Positions 50,917 to 63,975 of a stretch of 64,000 bases of DNA are shown piece by piece; position 1 is the first letter of the stretch; each line of letters begins with the position of its first letter. The position numbers and the translations under genes are program-made. The DNA is from Trichinella spiralis (taxonomy: Eukaryota). Location of the stretch: NCBI RefSeq assembly GCF_000181795.1, contig NW_003526945.1, positions 2,343,930 through 2,407,929 of the forward strand, given 5' to 3'. The notes beneath the pieces were generated by a model. The model ran no database searches. It was not told the origin of the DNA and saw only the letters and a list, made by a program, of their open reading frames with translations.

Positions 50917-53900
50917 ATGTCAAGGTTTGTATTACTTAAAACCCCCTGAATATTTAAATAAGTATTTATAGAAAATTTTCAAGTTAATGTTACATTTTTT
51001 AATGATATTATTTCAATAATTCTATATTAGAAAAGCATTATTTTCAGTTTATGTAAAATTAATATGAATTCAACTTTTTTAAGTATTTTAATGCTTTTTG
51101 AATCATTATTTTCTTTGATGTTTTTGTTTTAGCAAGCTCAGTTCAGCAACTGATCCCGAAGGCTATTTTTTAGCTCGAATCGCTGCTGTTGAAAATTACA
51201 TGCATAACCTAAACCTGGAAGACGCAAGCTCTACATTATTCAAGTGCTAATTATATTCAATTTAGTATTTATTCATTTTTTTAAATTCTCAGTTTAGTTT
51301 GACTTCTTGGACTGTTGAACAAGTGATTCATAAGAATGAAACATCCAGAACTTTTGCGAATTATTGTGAAAGCCGATTGTTCTCTTTGGCCGCGAATTTG
51401 TTGTTGTTCAAGTCAACATCAGTAAGTTGTTATTTCAGTTTTGTTTTATAAGTTTTTCATTAAGAAACAGTTCCAGGTTCATGGCGCTGATAAATACAGA
51501 ACAATGATGAATTGCATTTATACTTATTTTCAAGTCATTCTTCACGGAGCTCCGAGTGTGGAAGAATTTTGCAAACAGTCAAACAGTTCGTGGGCAGTGG
51601 ATTTAAATTTTATCGTTTTGGAAGCTTACCGGTTGACTGCAGAAATTGAAAATAAGTTTTCTATGGAATCACTGAAGCGAGACTTCGGAAAACCTTCAAT
51701 GCGCGAGCATCTTAATGAAGCATTTAAATTATTGTTCCCTAGAAAATTATATACAGAAAATGCAGGCTGCTTATTTTACATCGATGTTGGAAAAAGATTG
51801 CAAAATTTCGAAAAGCTAACCCGTTCGGATATTTCATTTTACTTCAACAGTATGCCTATTATTGATTTTAATTGTAGATATTTTTTAAAACTTTTTTAAG
51901 AATATATGACTACTGGACATCATTCTGACACGCTTGAACGTTGTGTATGGATAATGCTTTTGTTTCAAGAGAAACCACACGACTTTGTTGACTTTCAACG
52001 TAAAGTGCATGCCCCATTAGTATTGGATTATTACGCTCAAGTTTGTTTTTATTTATAGTTGAAAATATGACATTGCCTTTGGTAGTGGATGAAATTTCAA
52101 CATCATCGGCGACCACACTGTGTCACTTGGATGTGATGGTAAGCATTTTGAAATGATATCCATAGCATCTGAATTAATCATACAATAGTTATCGATATCG
52201 AAAGTTGCATTTTTTACAGCTTAAATAATTGCGTGCATTTTTTGTATTGCAAAAGTTATTATTAATTTTGTATCTGATGTTAAACTTATGATTAATTTTA
52301 GGTATTTTTTCATATTTCAATGCATGGTGCTCGTTTTTCATTTGCACGAGATGGCATACAGAAGTTGATTTTGCCATTTATGCTCTGCAAGCCTCCAATT
52401 ACAACGTGGCAACGTCAGTTTTTCTCCTGTTTGCAATCCATATTGAATGGCGGAATACTAAAGTAGAAAAATTATTTAAAAAATGAAGAAGAGAAAGTAC
52501 AATCTTATAACTTTTTTAAGTGACGCAGACAATGACTTGTTTATACTGGCATTGGAAACGTTGAGAGCTACGTCCTACTCGATTACTGATCTTTTGTTGG
52601 CTTTCACCACTGGCGAAATGCTTGAAATCACAGTTGAATTTGCTTTTTCTTTTAAATTAGCTTATTTATTTGATTTGGTAACAAAAACATTCTTTATTAA
52701 TTAGTTGGATAGAGTGATTTTGGAAAACAAAGAAAAACAAATGTCCGTGTTCGAGATATCGGCTTATGCTTCTAATTATTGGAATTGGATTCGTAAATCA
52801 TGCAAAGAGTAAGTGCTAGGATGATGAGAAGTATATTTTTCTAACATGTATATCACAATTTACACAAAGCTGATCTGATTTTAAGAAAGCTGGGCAATAT
52901 GAAACCACCGAGGGAGATTCCGCCTCAGAAACTGTGGGAACCGATTCTGGCAGTAAGAGAAGAATATTACGAATTTGCTACATTTTATTTAGCCAGGGCC
53001 TGCTTTATGAGAAAAGATTTTTCACAAGCGTTAAGCTTGCTGAATGCGTCGCCAATAAATCTTGGTCATCTTTTAAAATCAAAAGTTTGACTAATTTATG
53101 TTGAGCTGTTATTACTTTTCAATGACTGCTTTATGTTGTTTTTAGATTTATCAACTGTTCTGTGAAACATCGGATAAGCAAACGTCGAAAGAGTTGGGAT
53201 ACGCAGAAAGAGCTATAGCAGAAATGAACGCGTATTCTTCGTGTAATTCAAAAATCAAAATGGTAAGAATATCGTTCCTTCCTTTGTACTAAAATTCTGT
53301 GTAGTTGTTTGTTTAACAGCACATGTTTTGCATGTATATGTATGTATGATCTGTTTTTCGATTACAGTTTGAACAAAAGGCGCTGTACAGTGTAGTAGAA
53401 TATTTGTGGAAAAGCGAGAAAGATCTTCATCCTAAAATTGTCGTTCGAGATGCTAAAGACAATTCGGAAGAAGTTTGTGTATTAGTAGTTGGTAAAATTT
53501 TGGTGTGGTAAAAATTATTCATTGCCTAGTTGTCAAAGAAAATGGTAAAATCCGATAACGAGATACCTCTGTTGGACAAGATAAAGGAACCGCTACAATG
53601 CCGGATAGATCTGGTGAATAGATTGTTGGATAATTTGGAACGATATGTCGATAACCTTACTGAAGAAAGAACTACTGCCAATGTTGATTTAGTCTGTGTA
53701 CGTTTGGGTTGCCGTTAAATAGCTTATAATTAATTAATTAATTTATTTATTTATTCATTACCTTCCTTCATTTGGATGAAAATTATTTCAGGGCGAACGA
53801 TTTCAGGCAATGCAAACTGCTGCGTTTGTTTGCTATGGAGTGTCCAGTCAGGTGATGAATTTGCATCAGAATTTAATGATGCGACTTCAGGATACAATGG

Positions 53901-54123
53901 TATACTAAAAAAAAATTTTGTATTTTTTTCTATTTTATCTGTATCTGGAAAAATAATTCGAGTATCAAATTTTTATTACTTTTTTTTATAGAATATTTGC
54001 ACTCGTTTGGACAGCGAAATGCAAAACATGGTGAATGGTTTTGGTGATATTTTAAATTTGAACATGCAAATTGCAAGTGCAAATCACGGTAATATGTCGG
54101 AAGAAGAAGGCGAGAACAACTGA
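50917..54123 (+). CDS. Nup358/RanBP2 N-terminal alpha-helical-domain-like protein with C-terminal coiled coil; multi-exon
   Basis: In-phase exon chain from ATGTCAAG|gt (50917) to ..EEEGENN-TGA (54123). Colinear motif matches to human RanBP2 as I recall it: LFSLAANLLL..CIYTYFQV ~ FYMHAGSLLL..CYLIAFQV; LPLVVDEISTSSATTLCHLDVMVF ~ LPHETSRLETNAPESICILDLEVF; LILPFMLCKPPITTWQRQFF ~ LCLPLPVCKQLCTERQKSWW; ALETLRA ~ EINTLRA; ASNYW ~ SVHYW. Confidence 0.72.
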
Positions 54124-54438
54124 TTAACTGGAGTTCACAGGGAAGGCACATGAATAGAACAAAAAGAAGAAAAAAAAATAAATTAGCATTTATACATTTT
54201 TACTTAATTAATTTTTTCAGCATGCACATGTTTATCGATTAACAACTGCACTCACTGTTTGCTATTGGCTATTAACTTTATTGCAGCATTTATCATTTAC
54301 TCCACATAAAACGGCTTTTTGGTATTCGGCAAATTTTACTTCTCCTTCCCTCTCCATGCATACATATATTGAATTGAATAAACTATTTTGAATATGAAAA
54401 AATGCCCCGTTTGTTAATTTTTTTTCTTCGATTATTCT

Positions 54439-54441
<3 letters not shown>

Positions 54442-54518
<77 letters not shown>
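54442..54518. repeat. (GA)n microsatellite
   Basis: Perfect dinucleotide run in the convergent intergenic region. Confidence 0.97.
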
Positions 54519-54520
<2 letters not shown>

Positions 54521-55459
54521 GCATGCATCACTTACCTTACGGGTTTCTAAGTTGGAAATGCAATGTTCATCTGCTTGATGTTCTTCTATCTGTGTGCAAA
54601 TAGTGACAACAATTATAATTATTCATTTGCCATGACGATTGTTGGCAAGCAATCCAATCCATCCATATCCAAGCACAAGTACTGTGAAGAATGCTTGTTA
54701 GCATACCTGAAATTGAATTTGTTTTTTCGCCTTTGAAATGCTAGAAGCAAGCACAAGATATTATTTCAAAATATATGTATTATTTTCAAAAAATAAATAA
54801 AATAAAACAATGCATTATTAACATTGAACAACTTTGAAAAGGCAGCTTATTGAACAACGATAATATGAAATAATAATAATGCATGAAAACGATGATGACC
54901 TGATGAAATTTGAATTTTTCGTTATGTCGACTGAGAGAAATCAATCAATCAGTTAGTTAATTAAGCGATCAATCAATCAGTCAATCAATCAATAATAATA
55001 GAATATAATGTTCATTTTAAAATCAACTAATGCATCCATTATTGAAAATAGTTCATACAATCTCTGTGGAACCTTTTAAATGAAATGCAATCGTTCGTGA
55101 GATTTACAAAAAGAATATATATTTTTTTTTCTTCAAAATTTCACAAAGTACAAATAAATTTTCCGCTCGTTCCTTGTTCACGTTTGTCAATAGAGAAAAC
55201 ACCAATGAATGTGTCGAATTTTCAAGAGAGGGAAATCTTGGGTTGGCAGTGGAACTTTTTTTTTTACCACACATATATCAGTAAAATATGTTGCACACTT
55301 TTCCTAAAGTTTTACCTTTACAAAACGATTATAATTCAGAAAAGAGAATTTTCAAATTCATGATTTTGAGTTGATGCTTTTCCAAAAAAAAAGAAAAAAA
55401 CAAAGCCCAATGTTAGGAAAAAAACTTCCATCAAATTTGATAGTGAAAAAAAGTTTGTT

Positions 55460-57518
55460 TCAAGTTTCTCCACGGTAAAGCAACGACAATCGGGAAACAA
55501 TCTGAGCTTGGTCGACAAATTCAAAAACATTTGGTGCACTTAAGAGAACACCGACTGTTCCTCCTAAAGTGACGCCAAAAAATATGTAAAGCAGCAGTCG
55601 GTCAATCACCATCGCGACATACCTGCAAAACAAGCACAATACATTGAACATTAAATTGAAGAAAAAAACAACCATTTTCTTGTATAAAAAGAAAAAATAC
55701 GGATTCACTTACTTCCAATCTTCACGTACCTAAAATTACAATACAATGCATCATGAAAAAAATCATTGACAAAATAGTTTTGCATACCGACTGATATTCT
55801 TCATCTGTTCTCAGGTGCTCGGATATATATTCAATCGCTTCTATCGCTTTACAGGCCTCTCTCGTGAGTGGATACTGGCCTGCGAGTTGATAGTACGCGA
55901 ACGATTCTGAGCTCTGATGATCAGGCACACTGTATTGGGGCACTGCTTGTACGGACTCATTTGCATCCAAATAACTTGGCTGTGGCTGTGGCACGTTCAG
56001 TCTGCTCGCATTATTTCTTCGGAATGTGTCGACACATCCGTAATACGGCTGCTTTGACACTCTCTTGGGCCTTTTCATCATCAACATTTTTGGTAAAAAA
56101 TCAAGAAAAGTATGACGCACCCACTGCGGCATCCGGTGCGTAGTTGGTCCACGAAAAAATACATTGATTATAATAACGGTCACTAATATTGTAATAATGT
56201 TGAGCAAAAAAGTGAGCAGCAGGTACTTTGCCATCAGTGGAATAGTGGATGAGGTGGGCGGGAGAATTTTTGAAACTAACAACAGAAATACGACTAGAGA
56301 AAGTAAAACGTTGATCGTTAAGGTAATTTTTTCACCCGCGCACGCTGGCAAATAAAATACCATCATGCTCAAGAAGGCCATCAGTACGGTTGGTATGATA
56401 AGCACGACTGTATAAAATAACGATTTGCGACGCACTCTTATTCGAAATTCAATTCTGGATTTTTGTCTCGTAAGTACAGCCGGTGCTTCAATTATATCCC
56501 ATATACTGCTGAACGAATAGTCTTGGAGATCAACTCCTTCAACTCCATCGTTGAAGCTCAAGATAATTTCCCGTTCGTTGTACGTCCACGAGCCGAACAA
56601 CAGTGTGCACACTTGTTCATCAAATGGAAAATATTCCACATCAATTATGCATGAGCTTTTGTAAATTGCGGGCGGAACCCAGAGCATTTTACCATCATGA
56701 TCAATGACAACGTTACTGTGGTAAGACACTTCGTAATTGCCATCAGCGCTAAGCAAAAGCACAATTGTCGAAATTATTTCAAACTTTACAACAATTCAAC
56801 TTACTTGTTGAATAGTACAATATCAGGGAGCCACACTTTGTCTGTCGCTACTCGAATTTGTCGGATTTCCCCGTAGTTCACCGGATTCCATCTCATCTGG
56901 AAATCATACCATTTCTGCAAGTGAAAAATTTGCTATTACTTTAAGAGGTTAAGCTTAATTCTCACTTCACTGGGTGAAGCACAAAAGTAGCACTTACCAA
57001 TGTCAACCACACATTGGTGTGCATTATTTGATTTTTTTCATCCTGAATAAATCAATTTGAAAAAAATGAAATAATAAAATGACATGGTCGAATAGCACAC
57101 CAGATTAATTAATAATATAAGTTGCAAACCAAATCGCAACAGTAGAGGAGTCGAGTTTGCATTTGCAATTGGTTGTACCAATGAGTTGTAGCCACGGAAC
57201 AGATCGATCATTAAACGATCTTCATCTTCAGAGCCCAGTGCTAGATAAAGTGGAATATTAGTAGCAAGCAGCAATATTAGCTTTTCCAAGCAAAATTGAT
57301 CATCTGCAAAGCTGAATTATGAAAACAATGAAATTAAACATTTTTTAGAATAAAGTTCAAAATGAAAAATATTCACCTGATCCGCAGCAATCCCACACAA
57401 CTGGATCAATTGACAATACTGATTTTCTTTCAAAAATAGTTGTACAACAACAATGATAATGACAATACTTGACGATTAACAATAAACAAGCACAACAGCA
57501 ACTTTGGCAATGATACAT
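55460..57518 (-). CDS. unc-29: Nicotinic acetylcholine receptor non-alpha subunit, UNC-29/LEV-1 group (start codon tentative)
   Basis: SEDEDRLMIDLFRGYNSLVQP, DEKNQIMHTNVWLTL, VWLPDIVLFNNADGNYEVS, Cys-loop CIIDVEYFPFDEQVC, no vicinal cysteines in loop C, TM1-3 (LFYTVVLIIPTVLMAFLS..VFLLLVSKILPPTSSTIPLMAKYLL), VREDWKYVAMVIDRLLLYIFF. Confidence 0.9.
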
Positions 57519-57717
57519 CACAAGATGTGTCAGTCGGTCACAATGTCGGTTATTTTATGAAAAAAATTAATAACCCGCAAAAATGCATATGCAAAATTAA
57601 AAGATACGCCATTTCAATGCATAAAAAATGATTTGATAAATTTAAATTTTAAAAAATATGAATTATCAAAGCGACTTTGTTCAGTGTAATATAATACCAC
57701 AAGAAGAACAGTACAGT

Positions 57718-59900
57718 TTACTCTTCTTGGGTTGCGTACTGAGCGTAAATGCGTTCAATTATTTCCCTCTGATCAACCCGAAGAAATAAATTTGGGATTT
57801 GGAAAAAAATATGCGCCGTGCCTCCTAAAGTTATACCAAAAAATACATACAAAAGTAACCGATCTAGAACAAGAGAGACAAATCTCCATTCTTCTCGAAC
57901 CTAGAAAAAAATTTCACTCTGATTACGTAATAAAGCAGAGGAGATCACAAGTGGAAGGAATTTCATAAAATATCAAATAAATCCAATGAAAGAAAAAACA
58001 ACTGAAATGCTATTTTCGCTTTTGAAAATTAGAAATTGTTAAGTGAAAAGTGTTTTGAGAAGCAAATTGCATGGAAAAGAAGAAAATTGAAAATTTGTCA
58101 TTCTTTTGTTGAGAAATCATTTACTCACCGCCTCTGTCGACCGCACACGACGGAAGTGATCAAATATTTGATCAGTGGAGATGAGCACTTGATTGAGCAT
58201 TTGAAAATTGACCGTATTCAAATTGAAAATGGAATCTTGCACATTGCCAGGCTGGTCCAGCAATTCAGGCAAAGTAATTTTTACATCCGCCGTATTATTG
58301 AACATCTGTTTCAGATCGTCATTCACAGACTGGTTGCTTTCATTGGGCAGTGCCTCTTTTGGAGAAACGCGTTTTGACAGTTCATTAATTAAGCAAATTT
58401 GATTATCACACTTTTTTGCTACGTATTCTACGACAGCATTTCTTTGCGTAGCTGGTCTTTTCATTAATAGCACTCTAGGCAAGTAGACCAGAAATAACGA
58501 CCTAGCCCAATGTGGCAAACGACTGCAGCCTGGACGACGGAAATAAATGTTCAGTATTATTACGGTCATAATTATTGCCATAATGTCCAAAATAAATGTC
58601 AATAATAAATATTTCGCTATTAATGGTAGTGTGTTAGAGTTGGATGGGAGAATTTTCGAAATTAACAACATGAACACCACCAAAGCTAGCAAAAGATTTA
58701 TGGATAATGTTATTTTTTCAGAAGCTCCAGCAGGAAGATAAAAAACAAAAACGCTCAAATAAGCCATCATCATCGTGGGAATGCCAAACAGTACTGTATA
58801 AAATAAGGGCTTCCTTTTGATTTTGATGCAAAATGTCAACTTTGAACCAGAATCGTGTACAATTCCCGGAACATCTATAATGTCCCAAACACCACTGTAC
58901 GAATAATCTTGAAGTTCAATGAATTTTTTGTTTCTGTAAAACGTCAGATAAACTTCTTGATGCGTGTACGTCCATGAGCCGAAGACAAGCAAGCATGTTT
59001 GTTCGTCAAATGGAAAATTTTCCACATCAATTGTGCACGAACTTTTGTATATTGCCGGTGGAACCCAAAGAATAGTTCCATCTGATTCTACCATAACATT
59101 GGAAAAGAAAGATACTTCATAGTGTCCGTCAGCACTAAGCATTATTTTGAAAAGATGAAATTCGTGTTGAAATGTATGCAAAAAACAGAAGCAATATGCT
59201 CACTTGTTGAATAGTACAACATCAGGTACCCAAATGTGCTTCACTGGCACTCGAATATCTTTTATCATGTTATAATCCGCAGGATTCCATCGAAGGTAAG
59301 GATCCTTCCAGCTCTACAGCAAAAGCTCTTATTTGTTCGACGATTTAAAAATTAACTTTTAGTCATCTGAACGCTGATAATAAATAAATGAACATTTGCA
59401 AAGCAATCGATTCAACAGAAAATGGAATGGATGTGAAAATTTATGATCAAATGAAAGTCGCTTACATCTTCTTCAAAGCACAAAGTAATTCATTCTTACC
59501 ATAGTAAGCCAAACATTAGTTTGTAATATTTGATTTTTTTCATCCTAAAATATCTACTAAGCATATTTGAGAAACCAACTTAATCGGTCGAATCAGCCAT
59601 ATATGCTGCTTTCTGTTGCAAAACAACAACACTTACCACGTTGACTAACAAAATCATCGACATTCCAAACTCTATCACAACTCTGCTCTCATTTTCAGAA
59701 GCAATAGGCAAAACGAGTGGATTATAACCATGAAAAATGTCCGAATAAATAAGATCTTCATCATACGCGCACAAATCTTTGGAGAAGTTATTATTATTAT
59801 TATATACTGATGTGAAACAAAAATGCACAATAAACCTACTAAGATGCTTCAGAAACAGCCACAACAACAACAAGCATTGCAGATAATAAGCGCTTGGCAT
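57718..59900 (-). CDS. Nicotinic acetylcholine receptor non-alpha subunit, ACR-2/ACR-3-like
   Basis: Signal peptide [52 protein letters not shown]; Cys-loop [37 protein letters not shown]; last exon 57900-57718 [32 protein letters not shown]. Confidence 0.88.
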
Positions 59901-61453
59901 TGTAAAGAAAATAGAACTCGCAAACTGAATGATAGATATATAAGTGAATGAAAGTGAAAATTTAAACTGACCACTTTTCAATGGAATTTTCCAGCGATTG
60001 TGAAACTTATTCACTTTGACAGTGACAATTTTCAAGCAAAATACGCCAAGGAAAATGAATTTCAAACTGAAACTGATAAATGTTCTAAGATTGATCAATG
60101 GTTTTGAGATGTTCAATTGAAAACGACGACTGGATATGTCAAGATGGTCAATCTTTTGTCTGTTTGTAAAATCAAACATGCAATAACTTTATTTGCCTCA
60201 ACACAATCTGATTAGTTCAAAATCAATATTCTTAGCAAAAAAAAGAAAACAACCAACAACAATGTTATTAATTTCGAAGGTAAGCATTATGATCATATGA
60301 GGAAAGTTAAAATTGCAAAAAAAAGTATACACACACACACACACGCACACACACACACACGTATATATTAATGCTTATATATGCCAAAATGACTGCATCG
60401 CTAGAATATTAGTTTTGCAATCTTTTAAAAAATAGAATAATACAGTGTCATATTAGAAGAAAAAGTTAAGTTCAGTAATTGAAATGGAAATTTCCAGCAC
60501 TGATGTCATGTCAAAATCGAGAAAATCATTTGTTATGTTAAATTATAATTTTTTTCACTTTTAACTGATGTCATTTTTCATTGTTTTATCTAAATTTCAA
60601 CATTTATCATCTATTTATTGATTTAGCTTTAAAAAAAACAACCTCTTAATATCTAAAGTGCTCAAAGTCAATCTGTGAGCAAAAATTGGAAAAAAAATCA
60701 CAAACAATTTCACAAAAAAACAGCAAAATTGTAATATCAAATTGAATTATAGTGTTGAAATGGAAATGGCAAAAAAGTGATGGCTCTGCTGTGGCATATT
60801 TTATTTGATAAAGGCATATTTTTAGCTATCCTTCAATTATGCATGTAGGCGTTGATTTGGCAATTTGAAAAGCTTAAACCTGCTGCTCACCTGTTTATGA
60901 CAATCTTTTAATTTTAAAAATAATTGGCACAAGCATCTCCATTGCACTGATAACATCATAGCAATCGTGACAACAAAAATATCTGGAATGCGTGTAAATA
61001 TCACTGAATTATGAAATCAGCATATCCTTTGAAATCTATAGAAAATGTTGAAATTTTGAGCAATTTTTAAAGAAATTAAACAACATCAATAAGCCAAAGA
61101 TGATGAGCCAAATTATGCCCAGGATGGGGAGGAAATATTTTACAGATTCAAATTACCTCCATGTAATTTTTATTAATCAACAGAATAGATGTTCACATTT
61201 TTTCATAAATGCTTTTGATGATGAAATTATTAAGAAAATTATATTTTTCAAAGAATTTTTCTGAAAATTATTCGCATATTTTGAAAAGATTACTTTGCAA
61301 AAACTATTTGCTCTTTTCAATTTGCATGCTTCTTTTTGTGCGTTCTTTTATTGGACCATGTTTGTTCATTTTTCATTGCTCCCTTAATAAATTATTTCCA
61401 ATTATAACTTGTCACATTTGCATATTTCAAAATTGCATAATAGCACTGCTCTA

Positions 61454-61454
<1 letters not shown>

Positions 61455-61484
<30 letters not shown>
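61455..61484. repeat. (AGT)n microsatellite
   Basis: Direct reading. Confidence 0.93.
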
Positions 61485-61485
<1 letters not shown>

Positions 61486-63725
61486 CTGCATTCAGTTGGG
61501 CAGTGTTTTGCGCATACTGCAAGAATGTGCTGCTTTATGTTTGAAACTTGAAAATTGTTTAACAAAGCACCGCACTGTAATATTCTTTTAAAATTGCAAA
61601 AATGTTGCTTCTTTTTGGCAATTTGCTCGATAAAATTTTACAACTTAATAGAATACAAACACGAATGTTCGTTCTTTTCGTAAAAAACAAAGCATGAAAT
61701 TATTCTGAAAAATAAAAAGGCAAACATGCACTGCCAGAAGCATCGCATTAAGCACGTTGGCATTTTTTAGCAAAAAATACATTTGTCAGTTGTGAAAGCT
61801 GTTGCTCCCTCCGTTTTTCAAGAATACATTACTCGAGTTTTATGCTGAAAGTTAAGCTTTTTATTATTCGACGAATTTTATTATTCAAAAGCAGTAAAAC
61901 GCAACAATAATTTCACGTGTCCGCTTTATAAAAGAGAAGCTCGCGGTAATTGAAAACTATTTATGCAAAAATAGAAATTATTCTTCTTCACGAAGCCCCC
62001 TCAGCAGCTAGCTAACTGTGCTGTGTTGTGCGGTGATTGATTGTTAACATTTGGTTTTTCCCCTTTTACAAAACACTACCAGTACGCAGTTCAAATACAT
62101 TATCATCGACTAATTGAGCTTCTATTTTTATGATTCACGAGCATAAAATAATCCAGACATATAAAAAAAAGTCCCATCCTACTCAATCAAAGTCGAAATG
62201 CCACTCACACTAAGCGAGCAAGTGTATGACAAATAGAGTTGTTGGCTATTATTCTCATTCTTTTATCATGTTACCCTATTAGTAAAACACCATTATAAAA
62301 CTGATAAATTATGAATACTTGAATCGGTTTTCTTTAAATACTTTCACAATTGCATTATTATAATGATCTGAAATTGTTAAAATTGATAAATTTTATCAGA
62401 AAATACGGAAACGATGAAACCAAATGATGATCAGTGAACAAATCAGCTAAATGAGCATGAACAATAAATCATTTATAATACGGCCGAGTATAGGTAATGT
62501 GAATTTGAAATGGAGTATATTGGAATGTATATCTGAGAAAAGTAAAATAACAATGCTTTTGCAGCAGTAATGAATGAATAAATAAAAGAAAAAAAAGACG
62601 AAACGAAACTATAAATTTATTTAAATGATAGCTTCAATCATTGAGATCAATGAAATAAATCAACCATTTGGAATATGCTTATTCCGCTGAGAAAGAAATC
62701 AAATCTGTTGAAGTGAATTATTTCTGAAAGCTTCTTTATAATAGTCTATTAACTGATTTTTGATTTTGATAAAGGTGTACGCTTTTTTACTTTATAAAAA
62801 GAAACAAACAAAGACACATGTGCTTCAAAGCCTCACATAACCACGAAAACGCTCGCTATATGATTGAAAATGGTGGAAAAAAAACATTTCTTTAATGTAG
62901 CAGTTCAATTTTCGTCGACTATCATCGTCAAAAATTATATTCATTTCATTAATATCAGCTTATTAAGCAATTTTCCAAAAGCAGCAGTACAAAGATTTAA
63001 TAAAAGAAAATTAGAAAAGTACAAATAATTCCACTTTTACCAAGTGTAGTGGAGATTTTTCATTGTTAATAAAATGTTAGATTCGATTTTGTCCAATAAT
63101 TGGAAATTTTGGCTCAAATTGCGGTATAATTGAAAAATGCAAAATTATCTGAAATGTAAATGAATAAATAAACAAATATCTATCTACTAGTAATCATTGC
63201 TATCTGCCCGATATGATAAGTTCGAATGAGAATGCTGAGCAAAGGCGCAATCAATTCTAATTCACAGCTGTTCAAATATGCGTACAGCTCAAATTTTATT
63301 GCTTTATGCTGCTATCCAAGCAGTATACATATAGGAAGAAGTACATATTATACATTTATTTATTTACATGCGTGTGCGTGTTGCCTTTTATACAACTACT
63401 TAGCATTCATATTTAGCCTTCAGTTTTGTTATTAAAAATGAAATACAACAAAATCCACCTTCAACAATCCAATTGTTAAATCTGACAACGCAATGAAGAA
63501 TGAATAATAGCACAACCAGAAGAAGATTAGACGAAGAGAGGAGGGGGGAATTGATACAACTTTACCCCATAAAACTTTACCGAAAATTCAATTTACATAT
63601 TCTACTGTAGTTGATGATTTCAAATATTTAAGTGTGTTGTCTGGAAAGCTGCGACAGGATGAATTTGTAAGCAAAGATATGATCCAGAAACAGAACAAAA
63701 TATATGAAAAATATTACACACGTAC

Positions 63726-63975
63726 CGGTTAAGATTTCAAGCAAGAAAATGAAAATTGGCAGGAGTTGACCGTAATAACGTTGATGCATGGTAATGCTTA
63801 TCCGGACCAGAAATGCCCATCAGTGACGCAGAATAATTCATGAACATAATGTTCCGGCGGCTGAGCAGCTCGTAAGGCGAACGGGAAACCAGCGCCAGCA
63901 GTGCGTCGAGATTTTTAGCAAGGTCAATGAATCATCAGCACAATGGCCGGCGTCGTAATGGACGTTGCTACTTTC
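63726..63975 (-). other. Exon-like GC-richer segment, possibly from a transcript starting beyond the window
   Basis: Strong acceptor (ttttttttcag) at ~63976 and donor (CG|gtacgt) at ~63725. All three frames contain stops; the longest open frame from the acceptor is ~45 codons. Confidence 0.3.

Noticed and set aside
54262..54531. Poly-LS ORF
   Set aside because: Translation of the (GA)n repeat.
55722..59181. Calling the receptors alpha subunits
   Set aside because: Neither has the loop C vicinal cysteines.
60180..63700. Short ORFs in the AT-rich upstream region
   Set aside because: F/I/L/K-biased random ORFs with no splice chain or motifs.
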